Of a stretch of 64,000 nucleotides of DNA, positions 19,201 through 28,716 are shown one piece after another. Within the stretch, counting starts at the first letter, position 1; each line of letters opens with the position of its first letter. Below the pieces are notes generated by a model that worked only from the letters and a program-made list of their open reading frames with translations, did not search any database and was not told where the DNA came from. Location: NCBI GenBank assembly GCA_031285625.1, contig JAITVV010000063.1, positions 32,001-96,000 of the forward strand, written 5' to 3'. Source of the DNA: Prevotella sp. (GTDB lineage Bacteria; Bacteroidota; Bacteroidia; Bacteroidales; Dysgonomonadaceae). A program made the position numbers and the translations under genes.

Positions 19201-20235
19201 AGCATATTGGATAGCTTTGAAAACAGGGAAGGGAATAATGCATCACGTAATGGATTAGGGCTAGCTATATCCTACAATATGGTTAAATTACTGGATGGAA
19301 CAATAGAAGTGAATAGTATCCTAAATGAACGGACAGACTTTATTGTCAAGTTACCGGAAAAGGATCTATCAATAGTAAACCCAGAGATTATCAGACCTGA
19401 AATTAATTTAAGGAGAGAATATGAACCGGCTATAGAAGTACCTAAATATACCTATGATAAATTTAAACCCACTATTCTGATAATAGATGACGATGTGGAA
19501 ATTCTTTGGTTTATCAGTGAAATATTTACTGATGAATACAATGTAATTCCATTAAATAAACCGCTGGACATAGAAGACATGCTTTCTAAAATACATCCCA
19601 ATATTATTATCTGCGATGTAATGATGCCCGGCATGGATGGTATTACTCTGGCCAAAGAAATAAAAGCGAATAAGAAAACGGCACATATCCCTATGATCTT
19701 GATATCCGCCAAACATACAATAGAAGAGCAGATAGAGGGATTAGCCTCCGGAGCCGAAATGTATATTGCCAAACCTTTCAATACCGATTATCTGCGAACA
19801 TCCGTCGCCCATCTCATTTCGAGGAAAGAAATGCTTAAGGACTACTTCAACTCACCATTAAGCGCTTTCGATCTGGCAGAGGGGAAGTTAACTCATAGGG
19901 AAAATACCAAGTTTGTGCAGGATATACACGATATTATAGAAAAAAATATAATGAATAACAAGCTGTCTGCACAATTCATAGCATCAGAACTAAATATGAG
20001 CCCTCGTCATTTGTACCGCAGGCTAAATGAGATTAATAGCGATAGTCCGGCTGATATGATAAGGGAAAGCCGGCTACATATTGCACGTAATTTGCTATTG
20101 AGCACGAAACTGACTATAGACGAAGTTATTTACAAGTCAGGATTCTCCAACAGGGCTACCTTCTTCAGGCAATTTGCTTCAAAATATGGTTGTACCCCTA
20201 AAGAGTATAGAGAAAGAGAAACCTTAGATATATAA
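16216..20235 (+). CDS. Hybrid two-component system regulator (HTCS)
   Basis: Beta-propeller repeats (GFMWFGS, LWIGTKG), Y_Y_Y domain, TM helix, HisKA (FFTNIAHEFCTPL), HATPase (GLGLAI), receiver (DVMMPGMDG) and AraC HTH. Confidence 0.96.
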   Translation: MRSYKLSILFFLAAFIFILNVKAYNLRQISNQDGLSNSAILSMCQDKDGFMWFGSCDGLNMFNGLNIQVYKPTNDRNNLSGNLIENVIEAENGILWVHTNYGLNRFDKKRNQIKSYNQFKGRYLIQKDSNNRIYIINENGIHYYNENSDSFKRIELENLSYKDILDFIVLDDHIQLFTSNKINPAYRIDENNDDIRLVQDKPFEHTENLLFCFHERDFPDITYFIDDTYTLYEYHVKDRKKYYIFNLKNEIVKNGEISSIIKYHNDYFIGFKTNGLLRLINMPDKLDNYRIEDVGIKSGIFCLAKDKYQNLVWVGTDGQGVYMYSNDSYSIRSVMFNSFARNIEKPVRAILLDKEKTLWIGTKGDGIVKIKDYDSKQVPTKYLSEYSNATNTSLVDNSVYAFAKSNKNILWIGCETGLNYYSYRDRSIKTIQLTANGEPVKYVHSICELNDTTLWLATVGTGIVKATISGSSDTPVLKNAERIRIRGGKDSENYFFTIYKEDESTLWFGNRGRGAFKLDVNTSRLDTVIFDNGINQTLNDIFSIKKDSNGNFWFGTSFGVVKYSPYKRETVFNERNGFPNNTIHGILSDNQNNLWFSTNRGIIKFNIEQDNFQIYSHLNGLQIIEYSDGAYFKDEDSGTLFFGGVNGFTSIAETGSVQEEYLPPIHFDNLMIFGKEKNIFDFLDKETLELNYDQNFFSISFTALDYINGNNYTYYYKLEDLSTQWIDNGTSNNLSFTSLSPGTYTLYIKYINRLTGKESAVDSIIIKIRPPWYMSVWAYIIYGILILSVIALFIRAAIIRDKKKKYKAIMKMKQQHKEEVQESKLRFFTNIAHEFCTPLTLIYGPCSRILSHNGSDKFVKKYTQLIQRNAERLNDLIQDLIEFRRIETGNKTPQIESLSITEIVNDVADSFNDLADSRNIRFVRNIQDSLIWNSDKGFVYTILTNLVSNAFKYTSINGFIQIDTAIQEDRSLMMVVSNTGKGIKAENLTKIFDRYSILDSFENREGNNASRNGLGLAISYNMVKLLDGTIEVNSILNERTDFIVKLPEKDLSIVNPEIIRPEINLRREYEPAIEVPKYTYDKFKPTILIIDDDVEILWFISEIFTDEYNVIPLNKPLDIEDMLSKIHPNIIICDVMMPGMDGITLAKEIKANKKTAHIPMILISAKHTIEEQIEGLASGAEMYIAKPFNTDYLRTSVAHLISRKEMLKDYFNSPLSAFDLAEGKLTHRENTKFVQDIHDIIEKNIMNNKLSAQFIASELNMSPRHLYRRLNEINSDSPADMIRESRLHIARNLLLSTKLTIDEVIYKSGFSNRATFFRQFASKYGCTPKEYRERETLDI

Positions 20236-20238
20236 AAA

Positions 20239-20264
20239 AACTCAGGTAAAGATTTACCTGAGTT
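20239..20264. terminator. Terminator between HTCS and skp
   Basis: AACTCAGGTAAA-GA-TTTACCTGAGTT with an adjacent A-tract. Confidence 0.85.
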
Positions 20265-20292
20265 CCATATATTTTATTTACTATCTGAAATC

Positions 20293-20793
20293 TTAATTCG
20301 TAATTCCAAGTTTAGCTTTTACCTTAGGACCTGCATCAACAGCGTTGCTGCCGAAGTGTAACAAAGCCCCCGCATTAAGGATATAAGTATAGCCATTTTC
20401 ATCACCTACAGTTTTAATAGCACCTCTTAGCTTTTCTTGCAGAGGAGTAATTAAAGTCTGTTGCTCTTTTTCGTATTCCTGTTGGCTTGTTTGTAAAAAA
20501 GTCTGATATCTTGTCTGAAGATCTTCTAGTTGTTTATTTCTGTCAAGGATAATGGCTTCAGTCAGATTTGCAGTATCACCTCTGAATGCTTCAAGCTTAT
20601 CGTTGTATTCTTTTTCAAGAGCAGCAATATTCTTTCTTATCGTCTCGCTTTTTGTGGCTAATTTTGATTCTACGTCTTTTAATTCAGGCATCTTAGAAAA
20701 TACCTCTTCCGCGTTGACAAATGCAATTTTATCTTGAGCAAACATCGCTAATGGAGCTACTACAAGTAATAGTAAAAATAGTTTCTTAAACAT
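20293..20793 (-). CDS. skp: OmpH/Skp periplasmic chaperone
   Basis: Signal peptide, KIAFVNAEEVFSKMPE, coiled coil, GYTYIL; downstream of bamA. Confidence 0.92.
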   Translation of the reverse strand: MFKKLFLLLLVVAPLAMFAQDKIAFVNAEEVFSKMPELKDVESKLATKSETIRKNIAALEKEYNDKLEAFRGDTANLTEAIILDRNKQLEDLQTRYQTFLQTSQQEYEKEQQTLITPLQEKLRGAIKTVGDENGYTYILNAGALLHFGSNAVDAGPKVKAKLGITN

Positions 20794-20852
20794 AGTTATA
20801 AGTTAATTTATTTATTTGGTTAATCATTTATTTCTGTGACAAATATATATAA

Positions 20853-21368
20853 TTATTTTGAATATCCGAGTTTCGCTAAGACTTCATTACTTATATCTAT
20901 TCTGGGGGAAGCGAATATAACACTTTCGGCAGATGCCCTGTCTAGGACTAGTTGATATCCTTTAGCCTCAGAAATCTCCTTTATTGCATTGTATATATCA
21001 TCCTGTATAGGTTTCACAAGAGCTTCTCTTTTTTTGAATAACTCACCTTCAGGTCCGAAATATTTACGGTTCAGTTCCTGTAAACTCTTTTCTTTCTCTA
21101 CGATTTCGTTCTCGCGTTTTGTCTTCTGCTCACCTGACAAGAAAACAAGATCAGACTGATATGACTTATACATATTCTTCACATCCTGCTGTACTTTCTC
21201 AACTTCTCCCTGCCACTTTTTAGACATTACATCCAACTGCTCCTGAGCTGTTTCATAGCTACTGATATTCTTCAATATATAATCCATATCTATCAGGGCA
21301 AACTTCTGTGCATAGCTACCAGCCGCAATTCCGATAAATAATGCAAATAGTAAAAATATTCTTTTCAT
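20853..21368 (-). CDS. skp: OmpH/Skp periplasmic chaperone
   Basis: QKFALIDMDYIL, KYFGPEGELF, GYQLVLD, DISNEVL; likely start MKRIFLL at 21368. Confidence 0.93.
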   Translation of the reverse strand: MKRIFLLFALFIGIAAGSYAQKFALIDMDYILKNISSYETAQEQLDVMSKKWQGEVEKVQQDVKNMYKSYQSDLVFLSGEQKTKRENEIVEKEKSLQELNRKYFGPEGELFKKREALVKPIQDDIYNAIKEISEAKGYQLVLDRASAESVIFASPRIDISNEVLAKLGYSK

Positions 21369-21445
21369 AACTGTTAATTTTAGTGTGATATATCTATTAG
21401 ACACACGACTAACATTTTAGTTTACTTTTCTGTGTATAAATAATG

Positions 21446-24121
21446 TTAAAACTCTTGTCCTATGATAAAGTGGAACTGGCTGCCGCTTCTATCACGTGAT
21501 CCGTTGATAGGGTCAAATCCATATGCCCAGTCGATACCCATCAGCCCGATCATAGGAAGCATTATACGTGCTCCAAAACCGGCAGAGCGTTTCAGATCGA
21601 ATGGATTAAATCTGCTTAGGTCATTCCATGCATTACCAGCTTCAACAAAGCCTAAGATATAGATTGTTGATGAAGGTTCCAGGATTAGAGGATATCTTAG
21701 TTCCATAGCCAAACGAGAATATGCACTGGCCTGAGTTCCTAATGAACCATTCTCATATCCGCGAAGACCAATTGTTTCGGTAGCATATGTACTTGAATAT
21801 CCTGACATACCATCACCCCCCATATAGAACGTTTCGAATGGTGACTTTTTGTGCTTATTGAAATAACCCACAAAACCATATTCCGCACGAGTCATCAACA
21901 CCGGTGTTTTTGTAGCTGATGATAAAGATGTAAATGTCTTAGCTTTGAATTTCCATTTATGATATTCGATCCATTTAAATTTCTCACTGGATTCATAATA
22001 ATTATCAATAAGTTTCATTGAAGCATAATCTTTTCCATCCCAAAGAGAGAACGGAGGAGTTACTTGCAAACTTAATGATATATCTGTACCGCGACGGGTA
22101 TATATAGGATTGTCGATAGAGCGTCTGCTTAGTGTCAAATTCAGGCTTAAGTTGTTTGCTACCCCATCCTTCACAATGAAGTATGCCCAGTCCTTCATAC
22201 TGTATCTCTGATATGAAAGTTCTGCCTGAATTGTAAAGTAGTCATCCGGCCAAGTTAAACGTTTACCATAACCTATAGATGCGCCTATCATTGTTATCGA
22301 CTTGTTAGGGTCAGATGCAAAACTGTAGTCTCCGCCATAGCCATTTCCATAACCACTACCATATCCGTAGCCATACCCATACCCGTAACCATAGCCGCTA
22401 TTACCAAGATATCTGCTATTGATATCCGTTTGGCGTGAATAATATAGTCCTACCGATAATGAATTAGGGCGTTTACCTCCAAACCATGGGTCGAAGAATG
22501 AAACAGAGTAAGATTGATAATATTTAGCATTTGTTTGTGCACTTAATGTCAGAGTTTGTCCCTCTCCTTGTGGAATAATACCTTTATAAGAACCCGGGTT
22601 CAACAAGTTCTTTAAAGAGAAGTTTGTAAACTTCAAACTCAATTTCCCGATGATACCTGTTTGTCCCCATCCGGCAGAAAATTCAACCTGGTCATTAGCT
22701 TTAGATACCAGTGGCAAGCCCACATCTACTGTTCCCGATTCCGGATCCGGATCTATTTTAGGATTGCTTAATTGTTCCGGGTCGAAGTGTCCCATTTGTG
22801 CAACCTCACGTATAGAGCGGATAATATCATCGCGGCTATACAAGGCTCCTGGTCTTATTCTTAACTCACGACGCACTACATCTTCATATACGCGGTCGTT
22901 ACCTGTAATAGTTACATTACGTATTGTAGCTACCGGACCTTCAGTTATACGTATTTCCAAATCAATAGAGTCATTCTCTATATTAACCTCTACAGGATCA
23001 GCATTGGAGAATAAGTAACCATGATTTTGGTAAAATACATTCATTACAGCACCATCTTCTACCAGAAGGCGTTCTGTCAGCTTTTTCTGGTTGTATACAT
23101 CCCCCGGCTTCATATTCAACTGTGCTTGTAGTTGCCATGTAGGATAAATCGTATTACCAACCCATTTTATATCTTTTACAAAGTATTGTTTTCCTTCTTC
23201 AACCTTTATCTCAATATTCATTTTATCCGGTTTTCCTTCTGCTGTAGCCGGATACACAGTATCCCAAAGAATAGTAGCATCACGATATCCTAATTCATTG
23301 TATTTAGATATCAGATTTTCTTTATCTTCTTCGTAGCTTTCAGGAACATATTTGGTTGAACGCAGGAAGTTAGCCAGCCATGCTTTGAAATTACTCTTAT
23401 GCCTGGTTTTCTTCATTGCTTTTTCAAGCGTTCTGGCACTAACCTCTTGGTTTCCTTCAATTTCAATACGGTTAACCTTTGTCTTATTCTTTTTCAACAC
23501 ATCTATGTTAAGAATAACATGGTTTTCTTTTGACAAATCAGGTGTTTCGGTAAGAGTGATCTCTGCTTTATTGAAACCTTTTTCGTCAAAATATTTCTTT
23601 ATGATCGTTTTAGCTCTGTCCATCTGGTATGGGGTTATCTGCAGATTCTTCACCATACCTACCTTTGCTGCAATATCCTGACGTTCCGATTTTTTCATTC
23701 CGGTATATACAATATCAGAAATACGAGGACGTTCTTTCAGGTTGATATCCAGCCATATCTTATTCCCGTCTATCTTTGTTGCTGCTATCTTTATATCCGA
23801 AAACAGACCTTGTTTCCAAAAACGTCTGACAGCATTGGTTATTTCGGGTCCCGGAACCTCGATAACATCTCCGACCTGTAATTGGGCAAACCCAAATAAT
23901 GTATAGTCTTCGTACATAGGATTTACCAATCCGGAGATTTTAAGGTCTGCTATCTCATATCTTTTACTTGTATTATATGAAATTACAGGTAAATCTTGTA
24001 CATTCGCCTCAAGGGCTTTATTTACATTTTTAATCTCTGTACTGTCCACATCTTGAGCCTGCATCCCAACGGAAACAAAACAAAAAATGAGAGTTAGAAA
24101 AAGTAAACCTTTATTGAACAT
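21446..24121 (-). CDS. bamA: Outer membrane protein assembly factor BamA
   Basis: POTRA repeats, LRGY loop motif, C-terminal FHFIIGQEF; synteny with uppS and skp. Confidence 0.97.
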   Translation of the reverse strand: MFNKGLLFLTLIFCFVSVGMQAQDVDSTEIKNVNKALEANVQDLPVISYNTSKRYEIADLKISGLVNPMYEDYTLFGFAQLQVGDVIEVPGPEITNAVRRFWKQGLFSDIKIAATKIDGNKIWLDINLKERPRISDIVYTGMKKSERQDIAAKVGMVKNLQITPYQMDRAKTIIKKYFDEKGFNKAEITLTETPDLSKENHVILNIDVLKKNKTKVNRIEIEGNQEVSARTLEKAMKKTRHKSNFKAWLANFLRSTKYVPESYEEDKENLISKYNELGYRDATILWDTVYPATAEGKPDKMNIEIKVEEGKQYFVKDIKWVGNTIYPTWQLQAQLNMKPGDVYNQKKLTERLLVEDGAVMNVFYQNHGYLFSNADPVEVNIENDSIDLEIRITEGPVATIRNVTITGNDRVYEDVVRRELRIRPGALYSRDDIIRSIREVAQMGHFDPEQLSNPKIDPDPESGTVDVGLPLVSKANDQVEFSAGWGQTGIIGKLSLKFTNFSLKNLLNPGSYKGIIPQGEGQTLTLSAQTNAKYYQSYSVSFFDPWFGGKRPNSLSVGLYYSRQTDINSRYLGNSGYGYGYGYGYGYGSGYGNGYGGDYSFASDPNKSITMIGASIGYGKRLTWPDDYFTIQAELSYQRYSMKDWAYFIVKDGVANNLSLNLTLSRRSIDNPIYTRRGTDISLSLQVTPPFSLWDGKDYASMKLIDNYYESSEKFKWIEYHKWKFKAKTFTSLSSATKTPVLMTRAEYGFVGYFNKHKKSPFETFYMGGDGMSGYSSTYATETIGLRGYENGSLGTQASAYSRLAMELRYPLILEPSSTIYILGFVEAGNAWNDLSRFNPFDLKRSAGFGARIMLPMIGLMGIDWAYGFDPINGSRDRSGSQFHFIIGQEF
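22325..22405 (-). repeat. Gly-Tyr low-complexity repeat inside bamA
   Basis: Encodes GNSGYGYGYGYGYGYGSGYGNGYGGDY. Confidence 0.85.
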
Positions 24122-24184
24122 ATGCTGGTCTATAGTTATTAACTAGTTATATTGTTATTTTGTGTCGTTTTATCCGATTGGTTG

Positions 24185-24931
24185 TCAGTTACCTGAAACC
24201 TGCTCACTTGTTTTTCCAAAACGACGTTCTCTATTCTGAAAATCTAAGACAGCCTTGTATAATGATTCCTCATTAAACTCAGGCCAAAGTTCATCTGTAA
24301 AATAAAGTTCGGAATAAGCAATCTGCCAAAGCAGAAAGTTACTTATCCGTAATTCTCCTCCTGTTCTAATCAGTATATCAGGATCGGGGATACCCTTTGT
24401 TGCAAGATATTGAGGGATAAGGGACTCATCAATGTCCTCTTCTTTAATTTTCCCCTCTTTCAGATCATGAGCAATACTCTTCATTGCTTTTGTCAATTCC
24501 CATTTTGAAGAATAGCTGAGTGCCAGAATAACAGTTGTTCCTGTACATTTAGCTGTTTCGGCTAAACAGAAATCCAACGCTTTCTGAGTATCGGCAGGTA
24601 AGCGCTCTATATCACCTATAACTTTAACCCGGATATTGTTCTTTATCAGATCTGGTGTTTCATTTGCTACAGCTTGTATCATCAACGCCATAAGCGCTTT
24701 TACTTCTTCTACCGGTCTGTTCCAGTTTTCGGTAGAAAATGTATAGAGCGTAATATAAGAAATTTCAGCTTTTGCAGCAGCTTCAATAGCCCTGCGTACA
24801 GCAGTTATCCCTTCCTTGTGCCCAAAGGCCCGGTCAAGATTTTGACGTTTAGCCCAACGTCCGTTACCATCCATGATGACAGCTACATGTTGAGGTACTC
24901 TACTCTTATCTATTTGGTCAAAAAATGACAT
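24185..24931 (-). CDS. uppS: Undecaprenyl diphosphate synthase
   Basis: HVAVIMDGNGRWA, FSTENWNRP, RTGGELRISNFLLWQ, RERRFG. Confidence 0.98.
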   Translation of the reverse strand: MSFFDQIDKSRVPQHVAVIMDGNGRWAKRQNLDRAFGHKEGITAVRRAIEAAAKAEISYITLYTFSTENWNRPVEEVKALMALMIQAVANETPDLIKNNIRVKVIGDIERLPADTQKALDFCLAETAKCTGTTVILALSYSSKWELTKAMKSIAHDLKEGKIKEEDIDESLIPQYLATKGIPDPDILIRTGGELRISNFLLWQIAYSELYFTDELWPEFNEESLYKAVLDFQNRERRFGKTSEQVSGN

Positions 24932-24951
24932 CTATATGTTGTTTTATTTAA

Positions 24952-25659
24952 TTAATCAGAATTTAAACAAGGACATACCCGAGCTCCGAAATCCCATGTT
25001 ATGGTTATCATTGTCAAAGAGTACCAGTCATTATTTTTAAAGATACCTCCTTTTATATTATAAGGACTATCTAAATCAAATTTTCCATTTTTCTCTGTAA
25101 CATCGAAAGAGTCACTGAATAGTTTTCTGAATGAAAATTCAAATCCGATATTCAACCGATCTTTCATCTTATACTTCAAACCTACTCCGATAGGTATATT
25201 TGCATCCAGAAATTTTTTCTTTCCCGAGGCAAATGTTAATCCTACTCCGGTGAATACATATGGTGTCATGCGCTTCGCCCCTAGATACCCGAATTTGTCG
25301 CTATAATTGAAGAAATTAAATTCAATCTGGCTACCTAACTCATAAAACATTCTACTAAAGGAGGCTTGCTGCTCTAATGGGAATTTATTACCAGAATCTC
25401 TAGTATCACCCGACACTTTACCTATGACAAAATTATTTTTCACAGACCATCTTAAGTCTTTGTTATATCTGAATATAACTCCGGCTGACAATCCCGGATT
25501 TTGATATAATTTTGTTTTATTGGCATCTCCCATGTAGAAAGATGTTCCCGCCATACCACCAATCTCGTACTTATAATCATCCTGCGCATTGAGAGTGATA
25601 GACGAGAAGAGAGAAGCTACAATAAGCGGAAAAATAAACAATAAATTCTCTTTTCTCAT
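24952..25659 (-). CDS. DUF6089 / PorG-like small outer-membrane beta-barrel
   Basis: Signal peptide, EIGGMAGTSFYMGD, alternating beta strands, NNDWYS; usual position upstream of uppS in Bacteroidales. Confidence 0.75.
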   Translation of the reverse strand: MRKENLLFIFPLIVASLFSSITLNAQDDYKYEIGGMAGTSFYMGDANKTKLYQNPGLSAGVIFRYNKDLRWSVKNNFVIGKVSGDTRDSGNKFPLEQQASFSRMFYELGSQIEFNFFNYSDKFGYLGAKRMTPYVFTGVGLTFASGKKKFLDANIPIGVGLKYKMKDRLNIGFEFSFRKLFSDSFDVTEKNGKFDLDSPYNIKGGIFKNNDWYSLTMITITWDFGARVCPCLNSD

Positions 25660-25734
25660 TTCAAAACCATTATTCAATATCTATCTAACGCAAAAAAACA
25701 GATCATAAGTATATTACCGGCAAACTTTAAGTAT

Positions 25735-27114
25735 TTAAGGAATGAGTTTGTTTAAACGGCCTTTCCAAATTTCTCTAACAGGTGTTGAACCTGCATCGGA
25801 TACTCCACCGAATACCCATATATAATTTTCATCATCAATCACTATAGATTGTCCCGATGCTTTTGGCATCTTAGAGTCAACAGGCTCCTTAGCAGAAGCA
25901 GCTACCCATTTGTATCCTAGGCTTGAACTTTTGTATAATACATTTTTAGTGAGAGCATACATGTAACCATCATATAAGAAAGAACTTATTCCTACATTTG
26001 CAGTAAAAGCAAAATTCTCCTGGGTAGGCATGATCTCCAACTTATTCTCTCCTTCACGTATAGTCCAGCTTAGATTTGTTTGCGCATTTGAGAACAGTTT
26101 TCCTCCTGTTGTAACCAGAAGATTATTATTCAGATTGCTTCTATCATAGATAGTAACCGAAGAAAAACCTGTTACAGGGAAGTTTACAGGAACTTCGTTA
26201 GACAAAGGATTATAGCTTAAATTCTCCACCACCTCCAATGTATTCATATCGGATGTCTTGGCAAAGTAGTATTTACCCGCATTCTCTGTAACAACTAAAA
26301 GCAAGTCTTTTGCTTCTGTTGCCGCAGGTAATACACCTATTATAGAGTATACATTTGTATTTCTCGCATTCCATGTTACACCGTCAGTTGAGCTATATGA
26401 TTTTTTAGCAGCATCTACGGCATAGAAAGTATTATTAAATAGTGTTATATTATCCAGTATAACTGTTGCCGGCAAAGTGGATATCATTGTTTGCTTTGTC
26501 CAGACCGATACATTTGACTTATCTGCCGTATATAAAGAGAAGCTACCGTTCTCGATAGTGAAAGTATAAAATGTGTTCTCTTTCAATATCGTTCTCTGCT
26601 TACCTATTGTTGAAGGTTGTGTTCCTGCACTTTTCCAGGTTAAAGTATCAGGATCCACCTTATGTATTCTTATATCAATAGTATATTCTCTAGTGTTTGT
26701 TCCATTAGCAGCTGTAACCTTAATTTTAGGTTTCAAAGAAAAATCGATAGAATCTGAACCGTTCCAGTCCGCAACAGAATCTGGGTAAATTAATTGAAGT
26801 TTACTAGGGCTTGAAGAGTTTGAGTACGTTAATGTAGTCGCAAATTTCTTCAGAGCTGTTTTGTATGGTAATGAATCTTGGTTGTAGATCAAAGCTTTCA
26901 TCTGATCTATAGAAAACATAGCTTTGGCCATTATCGGATAGTTGACCGAATCTACGGATGTTACCGGTATAGCTGATACTTTGAAAGAATATATTTGTGC
27001 ATCGGCAGATAATCCGGTAGCAGTATACTCATTATCATCGTTATTACAAGAACTTAGTATAGCAACCGAAAATATCGAAAGAAATAGTAGTCGAATAACT
27101 TGCTTCAATTTCAT
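25735..27114 (-). CDS. DUF6242-like lipoprotein
   Basis: Lipobox LSSC followed by an acidic patch; FSIDQ...IYNQDSLPY and IWVFGG...IWKGRLN motifs. Confidence 0.75.
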   Translation of the reverse strand: MKLKQVIRLLFLSIFSVAILSSCNNDDNEYTATGLSADAQIYSFKVSAIPVTSVDSVNYPIMAKAMFSIDQMKALIYNQDSLPYKTALKKFATTLTYSNSSSPSKLQLIYPDSVADWNGSDSIDFSLKPKIKVTAANGTNTREYTIDIRIHKVDPDTLTWKSAGTQPSTIGKQRTILKENTFYTFTIENGSFSLYTADKSNVSVWTKQTMISTLPATVILDNITLFNNTFYAVDAAKKSYSSTDGVTWNARNTNVYSIIGVLPAATEAKDLLLVVTENAGKYYFAKTSDMNTLEVVENLSYNPLSNEVPVNFPVTGFSSVTIYDRSNLNNNLLVTTGGKLFSNAQTNLSWTIREGENKLEIMPTQENFAFTANVGISSFLYDGYMYALTKNVLYKSSSLGYKWVAASAKEPVDSKMPKASGQSIVIDDENYIWVFGGVSDAGSTPVREIWKGRLNKLIP

Positions 27115-27192
27115 TTGTTTTAAACAGTTTTATTCAATATCAATGTGCAAAAATAGAAAGAATTTCGGCTTACGCGTCAATAAATCTAATAT

Positions 27193-28254
27193 TTATATAA
27201 TTTTATAGTTAGACAAACAGATATGAACCTGCCTTGAAGTGCCCCAATCACATTCTTTTATTGTATGTCCGGTAATGACCGGAGCCTTTACACCATCTCC
27301 AAAACGGATACCGGATATTTCAATAAGCGCTTCATCCCACAATTGTTTATCAATAAGGGTTTGAAGTAATTCCCGCCCACCTTCGACTAGTACTGATGTA
27401 ATTTTGCGTCTTTTAAGAATTGAGAATATGTTGTATAGTAAATTTTCATTAAAAAGCACAGATACAAAAGTTACATTTTTGATGGCGGAGACGGATTCTC
27501 GTTCAGTAAAAACAATGGTCTCTACATTTCCATCAAAAACTGTATAGTCCAAGGGAATACGTCCTTGCCTATCCAACACTATACGTATCGGATTTTTTCC
27601 ATACCAGTACCGGGTCGTCAATGATGGATTATCCTTTATAGCAGTATTTGTGCCAATCATAATGGATGGTACTTCCGACCTTTTCTTATGCACTAGTATT
27701 CGTGAAAACTCATTCGAGATTGGTGTTGGTTCCGGCTTCTCCCCATCACAGCGAACCTTATCGATAAAGCCATCTCGAGTTTGTGCCCACTTCAAATAAA
27801 TATAAGGGCGATCCTTAGTCTGTGCAGTAAAGAACTCTTTATTCAAGTTCAATGCTTCTTGCTCAAGTATTCCTATAGAAACTTCAACACCGGCATCCTG
27901 CAACATTTTCACTCCTCTTCCTGCTACTGCAGGGTAAGGATCGAGACAGGCAATAACGACACGGGGTATCCGGCTTTCAATAATCAGCTGGGCACATGGT
28001 GGCGTCTTACCATGGTGAGCACAAGGTTCTAACGAAACATAGATCGTTGATTCTTTCAATAAAGATTTATCTTTTACACTAGCTATAGCATTCACCTCTG
28101 CATGCGCCTTACCATATTCACGATGAAACCCTTCTCCAATAATTTTATCATTATGAACTACTACCGCACCCACCATCGGATTAGGACTAACATATCCTCT
28201 TCCATTAAGTGCCAGTTGCAAGCAGCGATACATATATTTCTCGTCAATAATCAT
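27193..28254 (-). CDS. ribD: Bifunctional riboflavin deaminase/reductase
   Basis: PNPMVGAV, HAEVNA, LEPCAHHGKTPPC, DNPSLT, VLVEGG. Confidence 0.97.
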   Translation of the reverse strand: MIIDEKYMYRCLQLALNGRGYVSPNPMVGAVVVHNDKIIGEGFHREYGKAHAEVNAIASVKDKSLLKESTIYVSLEPCAHHGKTPPCAQLIIESRIPRVVIACLDPYPAVAGRGVKMLQDAGVEVSIGILEQEALNLNKEFFTAQTKDRPYIYLKWAQTRDGFIDKVRCDGEKPEPTPISNEFSRILVHKKRSEVPSIMIGTNTAIKDNPSLTTRYWYGKNPIRIVLDRQGRIPLDYTVFDGNVETIVFTERESVSAIKNVTFVSVLFNENLLYNIFSILKRRKITSVLVEGGRELLQTLIDKQLWDEALIEISGIRFGDGVKAPVITGHTIKECDWGTSRQVHICLSNYKII

Positions 28255-28326
28255 GCTTTCGAGTTTCTACAAAGAGAAACGCAATTATTTCAGGGTTATT
28301 TTATTTTAAGTATTTTTTATGAAATA

Positions 28327-28704
28327 TTATTTTGCTGCTATGACTTCAATTTCAACTAATGCGCCTTTAGGTAAATCCTTTACAGCGAATGCCGAACGCG
28401 CCGGATAAGTTCCTGAAAACTGGGTCGCATAAACTTCATTCATACTGGCAAAATGTGCTATATCATTTAGTAAAACAGTTGTTTTTACGATATTATCAGT
28501 AGTAAGTCCTACTTCGGCAAGGATGGCTTTTATATTTTTGAAACATTGTTCGGTTTGTTCTTTTGCTCCTCCTTCTACAAAATCTCCGGTAGCCGGATCA
28601 ATTGGAATCTGTCCCGAGATAAATACCATTCCGTTTACTTCTATAGCCTGGCTATATGGTCCTATTGCTGCAGGGGCATTGTTGGTTGAAATTACTTTTT
28701 TCAT
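28327..28704 (-). CDS. ridA: RidA/YjgF reactive intermediate deaminase
   Basis: APAAIGPYSQA, SGQIP, PARS, LPKGALVEIE. Confidence 0.95.
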   Translation of the reverse strand: MKKVISTNNAPAAIGPYSQAIEVNGMVFISGQIPIDPATGDFVEGGAKEQTEQCFKNIKAILAEVGLTTDNIVKTTVLLNDIAHFASMNEVYATQFSGTYPARSAFAVKDLPKGALVEIEVIAAK

Positions 28705-28716
28705 AATTCTATATAT

